DNA from: a virus
Lineage: Duplodnaviria > Caudoviricetes
DNA length: 55,952 nt
Virus record (IMG/VR): IMGVR_UViG_3300020404_000088
Location: 1-55,952 of that record
Direction: 5' to 3' (one strand)
Position numbers and translations under genes: made by a program. Every line of letters starts with the position of its first letter. Within the stretch, counting starts at the first letter, position 1. A model generated the notes under the pieces. The model was not told the DNA's origin and searched no databases. It saw only the letters and a list, made by a program, of their open reading frames with translations. Below, piece after piece: positions 34,628 to 43,603 of this stretch.

Positions 34628-35039
34628 TATATACATAAACATCGCCAGGCAGAGTGCCTTTTGCCCAACTTGTTTTACCCACTAGTTTCATATTATTTCT
34701 TAAATAAAAATTCTTTGCCACTTCATTATCACTTCTCACACTTAAATAAACTCGTCTATTTACAAACTTAAAAAATCTTTGTAACACATCACTAGCAGTA
34801 CCTTTATTCTTGGCTGCTATTTGATGAAGAATACAATCATCTTTATATGCTTGAATGTCTCCTACTTTTTGTTTTCTTTTGTAAAAGTTATATGTGATAA
34901 CAACATCATTATCTAATATTAGATTGTTTTTAGCAATCATACGTTTCATATAGTCAGTTCTTATATGAGGAAACCATTTTTTATGTAAATAAAAGATTTC
35001 TTTTACTGTTTCAAAGTCCGATATTTGTGCGTGATACAT
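34617..35039 (-). CDS. GNAT-family acetyltransferase-like protein
   Basis: LHQIAAKNKGTAS...LSVRSDNEVAKNFYLRNNM. Confidence 0.8.
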   Translation of the reverse strand: MYHAQISDFETVKEIFYLHKKWFPHIRTDYMKRMIAKNNLILDNDVVITYNFYKRKQKVGDIQAYKDDCILHQIAAKNKGTASDVLQRFFKFVNRRVYLSVRSDNEVAKNFYLRNNMKLVGKTSWAKGTLPGDVYVYNEN

Positions 35040-35046
35040 ACTTCAT

Positions 35047-35075
35047 ATTATATCATAGATGACGGTCCTCGTCAA
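35047..35075 (-). promoter_or_regulatory. sigma70-type promoter (GNAT-membrane-MTase unit)
   Basis: TTGACG-N17-TATAAT, 7 nt before the ATG. Confidence 0.7.
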
Positions 35076-35668
35076 GCTATGAGAGTCCTGAGGGCGTTAT
35101 TTGCCTCACAATCGACTACTAAATGGATTCTGTCTTCTTTTGACGTATTTCGGACAGCGTGTGGTTTACTGACATCTGTATAGTAAAAATGACCAGTTTT
35201 AAGATTATGTTCTTGTCCTTTTTTATCTTTGGCATTTTCATATAAAGTAAATATGACATCTTTATTTGTGCGAATTGGAATGTGTACTCTAATTATTTTA
35301 CCACTATCAATATCTTTATCTATTTTATCAGAGTGCTTGCCAATGATTTTACCTTTTGATAGTTTCATAAATCTAACTCTTTCATATCTACAAGGAAGTC
35401 TGTCTAGTATTTCAAGTATAGGTTTCATTTCATCAAGATTTATTAGACTAGTGTATTGTAGTTTTGTATCTATATTAACTGAACTTTTTAAAACACCAGG
35501 TTTTAATATATCTAAAGGGTGGCTACCATAACCATGAAAAGATAAAGCAGTCCAATCGTCACCCTTTGTATATTTTGTTTTAACTTTCTTAAATTCAAAA
35601 TCATCTAAAAACGTTGATATTTTTTCTAAGGAGTTTTTATATGGTTCTATATTTAATTCTTTTATCAT
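35072..35668 (-). CDS. aspartyl/asparaginyl beta-hydroxylase-like 2OG oxygenase
   Basis: RVRFMKL..G..I..HSD, RVHIPIRTN, PHAVRN...RIHLVVD. Confidence 0.85.
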   Translation of the reverse strand: MIKELNIEPYKNSLEKISTFLDDFEFKKVKTKYTKGDDWTALSFHGYGSHPLDILKPGVLKSSVNIDTKLQYTSLINLDEMKPILEILDRLPCRYERVRFMKLSKGKIIGKHSDKIDKDIDSGKIIRVHIPIRTNKDVIFTLYENAKDKKGQEHNLKTGHFYYTDVSKPHAVRNTSKEDRIHLVVDCEANNALRTLIA

Positions 35669-35991
35669 TTGCCTCCCATCTCATTCTTAGGTTGTTTTTC
35701 CCATCTAGGTGGATTATCACCACCCACGTCATAATCGTGATATGATCCCTTTTTATATGTATCATAATCAGGTCTAGGGGCATGGCCTGTTTTACCCTCT
35801 TTAATATCCTCTCTAGTAAAGGCAGGTTTTTTACTCTTGTCTAAACTGCCCACGTTAGTAGGATAGCCTGGTTCTAATTTTTGAATTTTTCCCCCCTTCG
35901 CTAAAAACTTTTTCATTTGCTCATCTCTTTCAGCTTGGGTTGCTTTAGGTTTGTATTCTTCTAGGCCAGAGTTATCTTTGAAACTGCTCAT
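35665..35991 (-). CDS. small protein with SutA-like RNA polymerase-binding motif
   Basis: ERDEQMKKFLAKGGKIQKLEP resembles the Pseudomonas SutA core (FL.RGGKVQEIEP). Confidence 0.6.
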   Translation of the reverse strand: MSSFKDNSGLEEYKPKATQAERDEQMKKFLAKGGKIQKLEPGYPTNVGSLDKSKKPAFTREDIKEGKTGHAPRPDYDTYKKGSYHDYDVGGDNPPRWEKQPKNEMGGK

Positions 35992-36215
35992 TTTTCTCCT
36001 TCTATTTTTAATTTATCATCTTTAGGCACCCAATCTTTTGGCACTTCTTGCATTTCTTCTTCTTTCATCTTACTCCATATATCATCAAAAAGTAAATCAG
36101 GTTGTTCTAGCATAACTTCTACCGCACCTCTTAACTTCTCTTTATTATATGATATCTTTCTTTGAAAATCATAGTACGCTTTTAACTCTTTATATTTTTG
36201 TTTAGGTATAGGCAT
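35988..36215 (-). CDS. hypothetical protein
   Basis: 75-aa ORF with overlapping start/stop on both sides. Confidence 0.7.
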   Translation of the reverse strand: MPIPKQKYKELKAYYDFQRKISYNKEKLRGAVEVMLEQPDLLFDDIWSKMKEEEMQEVPKDWVPKDDKLKIEGEK

Positions 36216-36913
36216 TACTTAATTACACCACCTCTTGCATATTCTTTTAACATTTTTGATCTTGTTTTTTGTGCTCTTTCTAATTTAAACTTACTTACTA
36301 GATCGGTAAATACATAGCCATTCATATGTTCATTTTCATGTTGAAAGACCCTTGCTGACATTCCGTGTAGTGTTTCTTCTATCTCTTTGCCATGTTGATC
36401 TGTATATTTTACTGAACACCATTTAGGTCTATTGATAGTTAAGAATAGGAAAGGAAAAGATAAACAGCCCTCTTTAAAATTTATTGTTTCTTTACTAACA
36501 TCATTTATCAAAGGATTAAACACTGATCTTACTTTACCATCTTCTATCTGTGGGTGACCACCCATAACAAACATACGATATGGTAGGCCGACTTGATTAG
36601 CAGAAAGACCTAGACCACCATACTTGACCATTGTATCATACATTACTTTTGATAGATCAAGTCTATCTTTAAAATCAAATTCTTTTAGAGTATCATCTAC
36701 AAAAGGTGCCACCTGCATTAACAATCTAGGATCACTAGGTGGTATTAAAGGTAATATTCTTTTTTCTTCTTTCTTCGCTTGTAAGATTTTAGGATCTATC
36801 TTTGCTGTAACCTCTTCTTTATCACCTTTAATTATAGGAAGTTTACCTTCTTGTATCTTCTCGTAATTTTTAGCGATTTCTTCTATCTTTTCTGGTGTTA
36901 GTTTCTCTGCCAT
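36215..36913 (-). CDS. def: peptide deformylase
   Basis: GGLGLSANQVG, EGCLS, QHENEHMNG. Confidence 0.95.
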   Translation of the reverse strand: MAEKLTPEKIEEIAKNYEKIQEGKLPIIKGDKEEVTAKIDPKILQAKKEEKRILPLIPPSDPRLLMQVAPFVDDTLKEFDFKDRLDLSKVMYDTMVKYGGLGLSANQVGLPYRMFVMGGHPQIEDGKVRSVFNPLINDVSKETINFKEGCLSFPFLFLTINRPKWCSVKYTDQHGKEIEETLHGMSARVFQHENEHMNGYVFTDLVSKFKLERAQKTRSKMLKEYARGGVIK

Positions 36914-38625
36914 TATGCCATCCTCGTAAAGTTTTTGTACTTCTCAAATTTTAATATACTAGGGAACTTATCTAATAAGGTATCCCCTTTGTGTGAGATA
37001 ACAAAAACATTTTCTTTTGCTAGTTTGTTGGTTAGTATTCTCATAAATTCATCTGTGCCTGAAGCGTCTAGTGAACTATCAAATATTTCATCTAGTATAA
37101 GTAGATTTGTATTCATAGAGTTTTTCATCTTAGCAATCTCTCGCCAAGTAAATAATATTGACAAATCTATTCTTAACTTCTCACCCTCACTAAAAGAGTT
37201 ATAATTAAACTCATCACGGTGCCTAGATTTAATTGTTTCATTAAACTCATCATCTAAAGTAAAATTAACAAAGAAGTCCATATCTGCTAAATTTTTATTA
37301 ATAAACTGATTCATTATAGGTAAATATTGTTTGATGATCTTTGTTTTAATACCTGTGTCTTGCATAAGATATCTAGCAGTATCTAAATAAGTCTTTTGTT
37401 CTTTTTGTTTAATCTTAGCTGTTTCTGCTTCATTTAATTGTTTTTGTAATTCTTCTAATTGACCAGTGGCAACACCTGTTGTAAACTTATCATCTGATAA
37501 CTCATCAATCTCATTTTTTTTATTTGCCATATACTTTTTGATTTCTGATATAGATGTTTCGTATCTATTAATCAATAATTCTTTTTCTCTTATGGTGACC
37601 ATTGTTTGATTAATCTTTGTTAATCTAGTTTCGGTAGAACTAATATCTTTTTCTATCTGACCTAATGCAACTTCTAACTCTTGTATTTTTTCTGCCTTTT
37701 TACTCATCATTGTAGTTTTGTATGCCTCATCAATCACTTGTTGGCAAACAGGACAATCGTTATGTGTCTGAAAGAAACCTAAATCTTTTTTATGTTTACT
37801 ACAAGTATTTTCTAACTTGGCTTCTAAATTATGTAGTTGTTTATACTTATTATTTATTTTAGTTTCATCTAATATTTCACTTTGCAAAGCGGTCTTCTCA
37901 ATAACTACTCTATCTATATCTAATTGATAATTATCAATATCTGTTTGAGCCTGTTGTATCTCTATTTGTTTTTTATCAATCAGTTGTTGATTATTGCCAC
38001 TCATATCTTCTATGTGTTTCTTTTGTGATTCTATCTTACCATCAATTAGTTGACAATTGAAATCTGATTGTTTAATTACCTCATCTTGTAGTTTTTGTTT
38101 TTCTCTAAACATTAAATTCATTTTAGAAAAAATTTCAATATCAAGTATTTCTTCTACAACCTCTCGTCTATGTCTAGCTCTCAATTGCATAAAAGGTACA
38201 AACGAAGCATTACCTAATATGACAACTTGTGTGAATGATCTGAAGTTTAGTTTTAATATTGTTTGTTCTAAATGTTTCTGATAATCTCTTACAGCAGCAT
38301 CTTGATTCAACATAATGCCGTTACACCATATCTCAAATATATTAGGCTTGATACCTCTTATAATTTTATATTCATTTTGACCTATAACAAATTCTACCTC
38401 TACAACACAATCTTTCTCATTGATACTATTGACCATCTGATCTTTTTTGATATTTCTAAATGCTCTCTGAAATAAACCAAAACATAATGCGTCTAACATG
38501 GTTGACTTACCTGCACCATTCTCACCAACAACTAATGTCTTTGATGATCTATCTAGTTGTATTTCTATAAACTGTTGACCTGTTGATAGAAAGTTTTTAT
38601 ATCTTACTTTTTTGAATATTATCAT
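36913..38625 (-). CDS. gp46: recombination endonuclease ATPase subunit (Rad50-like)
   Basis: GENGAGKS, CPVC hook, FSEGEK, LILDEIFD, VISH. Confidence 0.96.
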   Translation of the reverse strand: MIIFKKVRYKNFLSTGQQFIEIQLDRSSKTLVVGENGAGKSTMLDALCFGLFQRAFRNIKKDQMVNSINEKDCVVEVEFVIGQNEYKIIRGIKPNIFEIWCNGIMLNQDAAVRDYQKHLEQTILKLNFRSFTQVVILGNASFVPFMQLRARHRREVVEEILDIEIFSKMNLMFREKQKLQDEVIKQSDFNCQLIDGKIESQKKHIEDMSGNNQQLIDKKQIEIQQAQTDIDNYQLDIDRVVIEKTALQSEILDETKINNKYKQLHNLEAKLENTCSKHKKDLGFFQTHNDCPVCQQVIDEAYKTTMMSKKAEKIQELEVALGQIEKDISSTETRLTKINQTMVTIREKELLINRYETSISEIKKYMANKKNEIDELSDDKFTTGVATGQLEELQKQLNEAETAKIKQKEQKTYLDTARYLMQDTGIKTKIIKQYLPIMNQFINKNLADMDFFVNFTLDDEFNETIKSRHRDEFNYNSFSEGEKLRIDLSILFTWREIAKMKNSMNTNLLILDEIFDSSLDASGTDEFMRILTNKLAKENVFVISHKGDTLLDKFPSILKFEKYKNFTRMA

Positions 38626-38834
38626 ACACTATCTATTGGTTCACATCCTATTTCTAGGCGTTCTACACTTAGAAAACCATCCTCATCACTTAAAAATTCT
38701 CTTGTCATTTTTTCTTTTATTATAGCTGCAGCTTTACACTCTTTCATTGTATCAAATGTACGAGGTGGATCTTCATACATTGTATTACATTCAAGAACTG
38801 TCACAGCACATATTATGGCAAACATTTTAAACAT
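38622..38834 (-). CDS. small Cys-containing hypothetical protein
   Basis: 70-aa ORF inserted between gp47 and gp46. Confidence 0.65.
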   Translation of the reverse strand: MFKMFAIICAVTVLECNTMYEDPPRTFDTMKECKAAAIIKEKMTREFLSDEDGFLSVERLEIGCEPIDSV

Positions 38835-38836
38835 TT

Positions 38837-39916
38837 TTATTCAGCAGATATATCACTATCTTGAGCCTCCACAAATGTTTCTTTGATCATGTTCTTTAAT
38901 TTGTCTTTATCTAAATCGACAGGTAGTTGATCAACATAATTATTTACAAGTGTCATTGTATCTTCCGTACCTTCTACAACATCATCACTTACTAGATTAG
39001 CATTAAGATCAGAATAATCTTCTAAGATTTTTAATTCATGTACTGTTATCTTATTATACAATCGATCAAGTAATCTATCAAACATTTCATTATTCTTTTT
39101 ACTAACAACAATAAGTTTTACAAATTTATTATGTAAATGATCTATATCAAATTCATCATAGTTTGTTTCGGTATCATTATACATTAACTTTTGAAATATA
39201 GTATTTGGATTAGGTATGAATTCTATATCTCTTGTTTCAGTATCAAATATATGAAAACCTTTTGTCTGACCATAATCTGACCATGTCATTTCGTATTGAG
39301 CGCCTAGATAGAATATTTGACCATCATCATTTTTTGTATGAAAGTGACCACTAAATGTTTTTTCAAATCTTTTTACAATACTCTTATCATAACCATGTGT
39401 TTGTGTTATATTCTCGTGCATATAGAAACCATTTAAATCTAAATGGGCCATACATACGTCAGCCTTTGCTGTGTTTAACATATCAAAAGATTGTTGTTGA
39501 TTTTCAGGATTTATCCATGGCAACATTAATATCTTTAGACCATCAAAGTCAACCACTTTAGGTTCTTCGTATATCCACGGTTCGTTAATGCCGTCAGGCG
39601 CTGTACATAACTGTTGTAGGGAGTTTACTTTATTTGTATTCTTAAAATAGATATCGTGATTACCTATCAACATATGGGTATCTATCTTCATATCCCATAG
39701 TTTGTTTAGAAAGCCTTTTCTAAAGTTATCTGCAACTCTAAAATTAATAAACTTTCTTCTATCGACCACATCACCTAGATGTATTAGTGTTTTGATATTA
39801 TGTTTTTCTAGGTAAGGAAAAAATACTTCTCTGTAAAATTTGTGTAAGAAATCATCAAAGATCATACTATCGTTTCTCACACCGAAGTGAGTATCATTTA
39901 ATAACGCTATTTTCAT
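38837..39916 (-). CDS. gp47: recombination endonuclease nuclease subunit (Mre11-like)
   Basis: DTHFG, HLGDVVDRR, GNHD, SGHFH. Confidence 0.96.
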   Translation of the reverse strand: MKIALLNDTHFGVRNDSMIFDDFLHKFYREVFFPYLEKHNIKTLIHLGDVVDRRKFINFRVADNFRKGFLNKLWDMKIDTHMLIGNHDIYFKNTNKVNSLQQLCTAPDGINEPWIYEEPKVVDFDGLKILMLPWINPENQQQSFDMLNTAKADVCMAHLDLNGFYMHENITQTHGYDKSIVKRFEKTFSGHFHTKNDDGQIFYLGAQYEMTWSDYGQTKGFHIFDTETRDIEFIPNPNTIFQKLMYNDTETNYDEFDIDHLHNKFVKLIVVSKKNNEMFDRLLDRLYNKITVHELKILEDYSDLNANLVSDDVVEGTEDTMTLVNNYVDQLPVDLDKDKLKNMIKETFVEAQDSDISAE

Positions 39917-39919
39917 TAT

Positions 39920-40441
39920 CTATTTTTTTTTCTTTTTCTTTACTTTTTTAGGTTCTGCTGGATCACTTTCTTTTACATTTTTTTGTAAGAACTCTAACAT
40001 CTGACTTCTATATTGAGCATCATCGCCAACTAAAGTATCTAACATCATTTCGCTACCAGAATTAGCAATTAGTTTAGCCTTAACATCTTGCTGTTTCTTT
40101 TCTTTCTGTATTCTTCTTATAAATGCATAATATATAATTTGTGTAAAATATGCAAATGGATTATTAGATTTATCTGGATTAAAATTACTCATATATTGTA
40201 AGCAGTTTTCTATACCATCTGATATCATATCATCACGATAAGTATAGTTTATAAAATTCGGTCTGTAAGATAAGTGATTAGCGATCTTCAAAAAACACTC
40301 ACCAATATAATTGGTCACTTCAGGTGCTTTCCTTTTCTTCTCTTCCGCTTTTCTAACTTTAGCACGGTGTTCGATCATAGCCTGAAGAAACTTCTTATTA
40401 TCTACATAATGAGGTTTCAATTTTGCTTTTGTTTTTTCCAT
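39920..40441 (-). CDS. gp55: late-transcription sigma factor
   Basis: HYVDNKKFL, YIGECFLKIANHLS, MISDGIENC, NPFAYFTQI. Confidence 0.96.
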   Translation of the reverse strand: MEKTKAKLKPHYVDNKKFLQAMIEHRAKVRKAEEKKRKAPEVTNYIGECFLKIANHLSYRPNFINYTYRDDMISDGIENCLQYMSNFNPDKSNNPFAYFTQIIYYAFIRRIQKEKKQQDVKAKLIANSGSEMMLDTLVGDDAQYRSQMLEFLQKNVKESDPAEPKKVKKKKKK

Positions 40442-40468
40442 AATTTATCTTTCTGATTAATATAACTT

Positions 40469-40497
40469 ATTATATCATTTTTGCTATTAGATGTAAA
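40469..40497 (-). promoter_or_regulatory. sigma70-type promoter (gp55)
   Basis: TTTACA-N17-TATAAT with TG extension. Confidence 0.75.
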
Positions 40498-40523
40498 GCC
40501 TTTTAAATATTTTTTGCTATTGC

Positions 40524-40551
40524 TTGACAGTCCTAGGAACTATGTTATAAT
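40524..40551 (+). promoter_or_regulatory. plus-strand sigma70-type promoter with no downstream sense gene
   Basis: TTGACA-N16-TATAAT with TG extension. Confidence 0.7.
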
Positions 40552-40592
40552 CGACTATGTAGGAGTTTGGGGAGATACCTTAGCTAGTATTC

Positions 40593-41042
40593 CTAGTGTA
40601 TAGTTTTTTTTCCAAATAAGCCAATTAAATCTTCTTCCGACCATTGTATATTTTCTTTTGGTTCGGTCTCTCTTAATCTATCCATTTGATCAGCTAACTT
40701 ATATATCTTTTCTATTTCTTCAGCAGATAAAGTAGGTTTGGCATTTGCTTTCTCTTTCTCTATCTTATTTAATATTACCTCATAGTAATGTGATATATGC
40801 TGATTTGCTTGAGTGATAACTAATATTTTATCTTTAGGAATAATAAACGTTTTATCATCTGTAAATGATATCCAAGGAGTTAAAGTAGAGTCCTCTTTAG
40901 AACCCATTTCTGTTTCTCTCTGTACCGTATGTAATTCTAATGCGTTTGTGATTCGTAGGAAATCTTTATCAACAGCTATAGTACCCATTATAGTACTACC
41001 ATCAGTAAGTTTTACCATACGATAATCTGTGTTATTATCCAT
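40593..41042 (-). CDS. conserved hypothetical protein (Sm-like fold suspected)
   Basis: MVKLTDGSTIMG...LTPWISF...FIIPKDKILVI; usual position between uvsW and gp55. Confidence 0.75.
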   Translation of the reverse strand: MDNNTDYRMVKLTDGSTIMGTIAVDKDFLRITNALELHTVQRETEMGSKEDSTLTPWISFTDDKTFIIPKDKILVITQANQHISHYYEVILNKIEKEKANAKPTLSAEEIEKIYKLADQMDRLRETEPKENIQWSEEDLIGLFGKKTIH

Positions 41043-41044
41043 TT

Positions 41045-42544
41045 TTAATCCTTTAGGTTAATATTATGTATTTCGTAATCGAACTCTTCCTCGTTGTATA
41101 TATTTATTCTTTCCTGGAAGTGCTTTAGTGTATAATTTTCTTTAGACTTATAATTTAAATCATCCGCTATATCATATAAAGTGGCATTGACTTTATTGTC
41201 GCCTAATCTCAATCCTCTACCGATTGATTGTAGATTTCTTATTCTACTTTTTGAAGGGCTTGCAAATATTATATTATGTAAATTCTTAATATTAATACCT
41301 GTTGAAAAAGTGCCATAACTCGCTACAATAATTGCATTGGTTTCATTCTCAACTATCGCTCTCGCCTTTTCTCTCTCTTCCGTTTCGACACCGCCATAGA
41401 TATAAAAAACCTTTCGATCTTTTTCCGCTTTATCTTCTATACTTTTATATAAATCTTTACCATGTTTTTCTACCAATTGAAAAAGCACTAAAGTGTTACC
41501 TTTTATTTTAAGTGCAAGATTACGAATAAAATTATTTCTCGCTTTACTTGATACCAGATAATCAATCTCATCTTGATATTTACCTTTAGATACTATTTTA
41601 GCATTTGCCTCACTATGTTTAAGTATCAAACATCTTACAGCTAGATTACTTAACTGTTTTTTGTCCATAAGTTTTTTAGTAGATGTCACTTTATTTACGG
41701 CGCCAAACAATCCTTCTAAAACTAATTTATGTGTGTGAGCACCATCTAAAGTACCTGTAAGACCTATACGATATTTACAGTCAACTAGTTTAGTCATAAT
41801 TTCTGTCAATGATTTAGATTTAAATAGATGTGCCTCATCACCAAATACACAACCGAACTGTTTAAAATATTCTTTTGGCAACTTATATAGACTTTGCCAT
41901 GTTGATATTAGTACTTTTTTATCTGTTTGATTAGAATATCCACTATACAATCTATGACAATATTTCTTTACATTCCAACCATATGATTCAAAGTCGGTAT
42001 ACATTTGTTCTACTAATGATGTAGTTGGCACGATTAATAACACTCGATTATTAGATTCTTCTTTAATTAAATGACTATAATAACGAATCAAAGAATATAT
42101 GATGAATGACTTACCTGAGGCCGTAGGACTCAATAGCAACGCCCTATTGCGTTTTAAACTATGATATATTGCGTCTATCTGATAATCTCTTGCTTCAAAT
42201 TTCTGACCTAGACTATTAGAAAATTTAGTGACAACCTCTCTATCAACCTTGTTATCTATATCTACATCTTTGGCAGTTACTATGGTATATCCTCGTTCTT
42301 CAGCAAATGCTTTGATGTAAGGATACAGGCCAAAGTAAATCTCTTTTGTCTTTTGTGAGAACAATCTTATCTTGCCATCCCACATACGATTACGAAATGC
42401 TGGCATGAATTTATATCCTGGCACATAGAAAGTAAAAAATTCAGATATTTCTCTTTGTATATCCGACTCGCAGTCTACCGTTATGTAAACTTCGTTTTTC
42501 TTTTCTATGATGATGAGATTAGAATTGTCCTGATTGGTAATCAT
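41045..42544 (-). CDS. uvsW: SF2 DNA/RNA helicase
   Basis: RDYQ, SPTASGKS, DEAH, GLTGT, QSIGRGLR. Confidence 0.96.
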   Translation of the reverse strand: MITNQDNSNLIIIEKKNEVYITVDCESDIQREISEFFTFYVPGYKFMPAFRNRMWDGKIRLFSQKTKEIYFGLYPYIKAFAEERGYTIVTAKDVDIDNKVDREVVTKFSNSLGQKFEARDYQIDAIYHSLKRNRALLLSPTASGKSFIIYSLIRYYSHLIKEESNNRVLLIVPTTSLVEQMYTDFESYGWNVKKYCHRLYSGYSNQTDKKVLISTWQSLYKLPKEYFKQFGCVFGDEAHLFKSKSLTEIMTKLVDCKYRIGLTGTLDGAHTHKLVLEGLFGAVNKVTSTKKLMDKKQLSNLAVRCLILKHSEANAKIVSKGKYQDEIDYLVSSKARNNFIRNLALKIKGNTLVLFQLVEKHGKDLYKSIEDKAEKDRKVFYIYGGVETEEREKARAIVENETNAIIVASYGTFSTGINIKNLHNIIFASPSKSRIRNLQSIGRGLRLGDNKVNATLYDIADDLNYKSKENYTLKHFQERINIYNEEEFDYEIHNINLKD

Positions 42545-42574
42545 ATAAATGTATGTTCAATTTTTTCATACTTA

Positions 42575-42582
42575 TATTTATA
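42575..42582 (-). promoter_or_regulatory. T4-type late promoter (uvsW)
   Basis: Intergenic TATAAATA. Confidence 0.7.
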
Positions 42583-42586
42583 ACGA

Positions 42587-43138
42587 TTATGTCCATGGTT
42601 TTCCTACGACCCAACCTACTAAAGATTTTCTAGTGCCTTTAGTGATCTTATCTACTTTATGCCAAACATGACTAGGAAAAATTATCATGTCGCCTTTTTT
42701 AAGTTTAAATTTTGTTGTAACCGATAGGTCTGGTTTAGGATGAGGATCACATATACTGAAATCGCCCCCCTCATATCCATCATTTAAACATAAAGTAAAA
42801 CTTAATTTTCTAATAGTATTATTTCTATACGGCTTTACATGGTTGTCTGTATGCCAATTATAATGATCGCCTTCATTATATATTGTAAACTGTAAATCTT
42901 CAAATTCTTTTAATGAGAAGTTCCAATTACTTTCATCATTTGCTGATTTAATAAAATAACTTAATGTTGTTTGTAATTCTTTATCATTTAACCACGATAT
43001 ATCAGAGCTTCTATTATCATCATTACCGTCTGCAATTTTTGCTTTTTTAATAGTCAATAATTCACCATCTTTTATTATTTGATCGCAAAAACTATCTGGT
43101 ACAATTTTTTCTTTTAAGTTATATATATTCTCAAACAT
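42587..43138 (-). CDS. 2OG-Fe(II) oxygenase (prolyl-hydroxylase-like)
   Basis: YNWHTD, RKLSFTLCLN..YEGG, FPSHVWHKV, RKSLVGW; start MFEN. Confidence 0.9.
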   Translation of the reverse strand: MFENIYNLKEKIVPDSFCDQIIKDGELLTIKKAKIADGNDDNRSSDISWLNDKELQTTLSYFIKSANDESNWNFSLKEFEDLQFTIYNEGDHYNWHTDNHVKPYRNNTIRKLSFTLCLNDGYEGGDFSICDPHPKPDLSVTTKFKLKKGDMIIFPSHVWHKVDKITKGTRKSLVGWVVGKPWT

Positions 43139-43139
43139 G

Positions 43140-43568
43140 CTAGATAGCTCCGCTAGTAAACTTCTTCCACTCGATAGCATTTTTAATTAAGAATGTTCTA
43201 TTGTTTACGCTTCTCAATACTTGTTCAAGATATTTAACTATCTGATTTAGATAGGCAACTTTTTGATCTGCCTTTTGTAGATCAGGATCAGAATCCATAT
43301 AGATATGTACATCTGCCTTTAATACTTTTATATCAAAAGGTTTCTCTTTATACACACTAGGGTCTGCTTTGCCAGTGTAATATTCCCACTTATCTCTTAT
43401 CATACTCTTATGATCGTATTCTGCCTTTTTTAATAGTAAAGAAAACTTATTAAAATGTATTAAATATTTGTTATGTAATAATGGTATGTTTATAGATTCA
43501 GTATCTAATTCGGTATCGTCTAGTTTAAAGTCCTTATTGACTGATTGTTGTAATTCTTCTAATGTCAT
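43140..43568 (-). CDS. uvsY: recombination mediator
   Basis: IPLLHNKYL, WEYYTGKA, RTFLIKNAIEWKKF. Confidence 0.93.
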   Translation of the reverse strand: MTLEELQQSVNKDFKLDDTELDTESINIPLLHNKYLIHFNKFSLLLKKAEYDHKSMIRDKWEYYTGKADPSVYKEKPFDIKVLKADVHIYMDSDPDLQKADQKVAYLNQIVKYLEQVLRSVNNRTFLIKNAIEWKKFTSGAI

Positions 43569-43574
43569 ACGGAT

Positions 43575-43603
43575 ATTATATCACCTTTTCGGTTAATTGT
43601 AAA
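43575..43603 (-). promoter_or_regulatory. sigma70-type promoter (uvsY)
   Basis: TTTACA-N17-TATAAT, 6 nt before the ATG. Confidence 0.75.
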
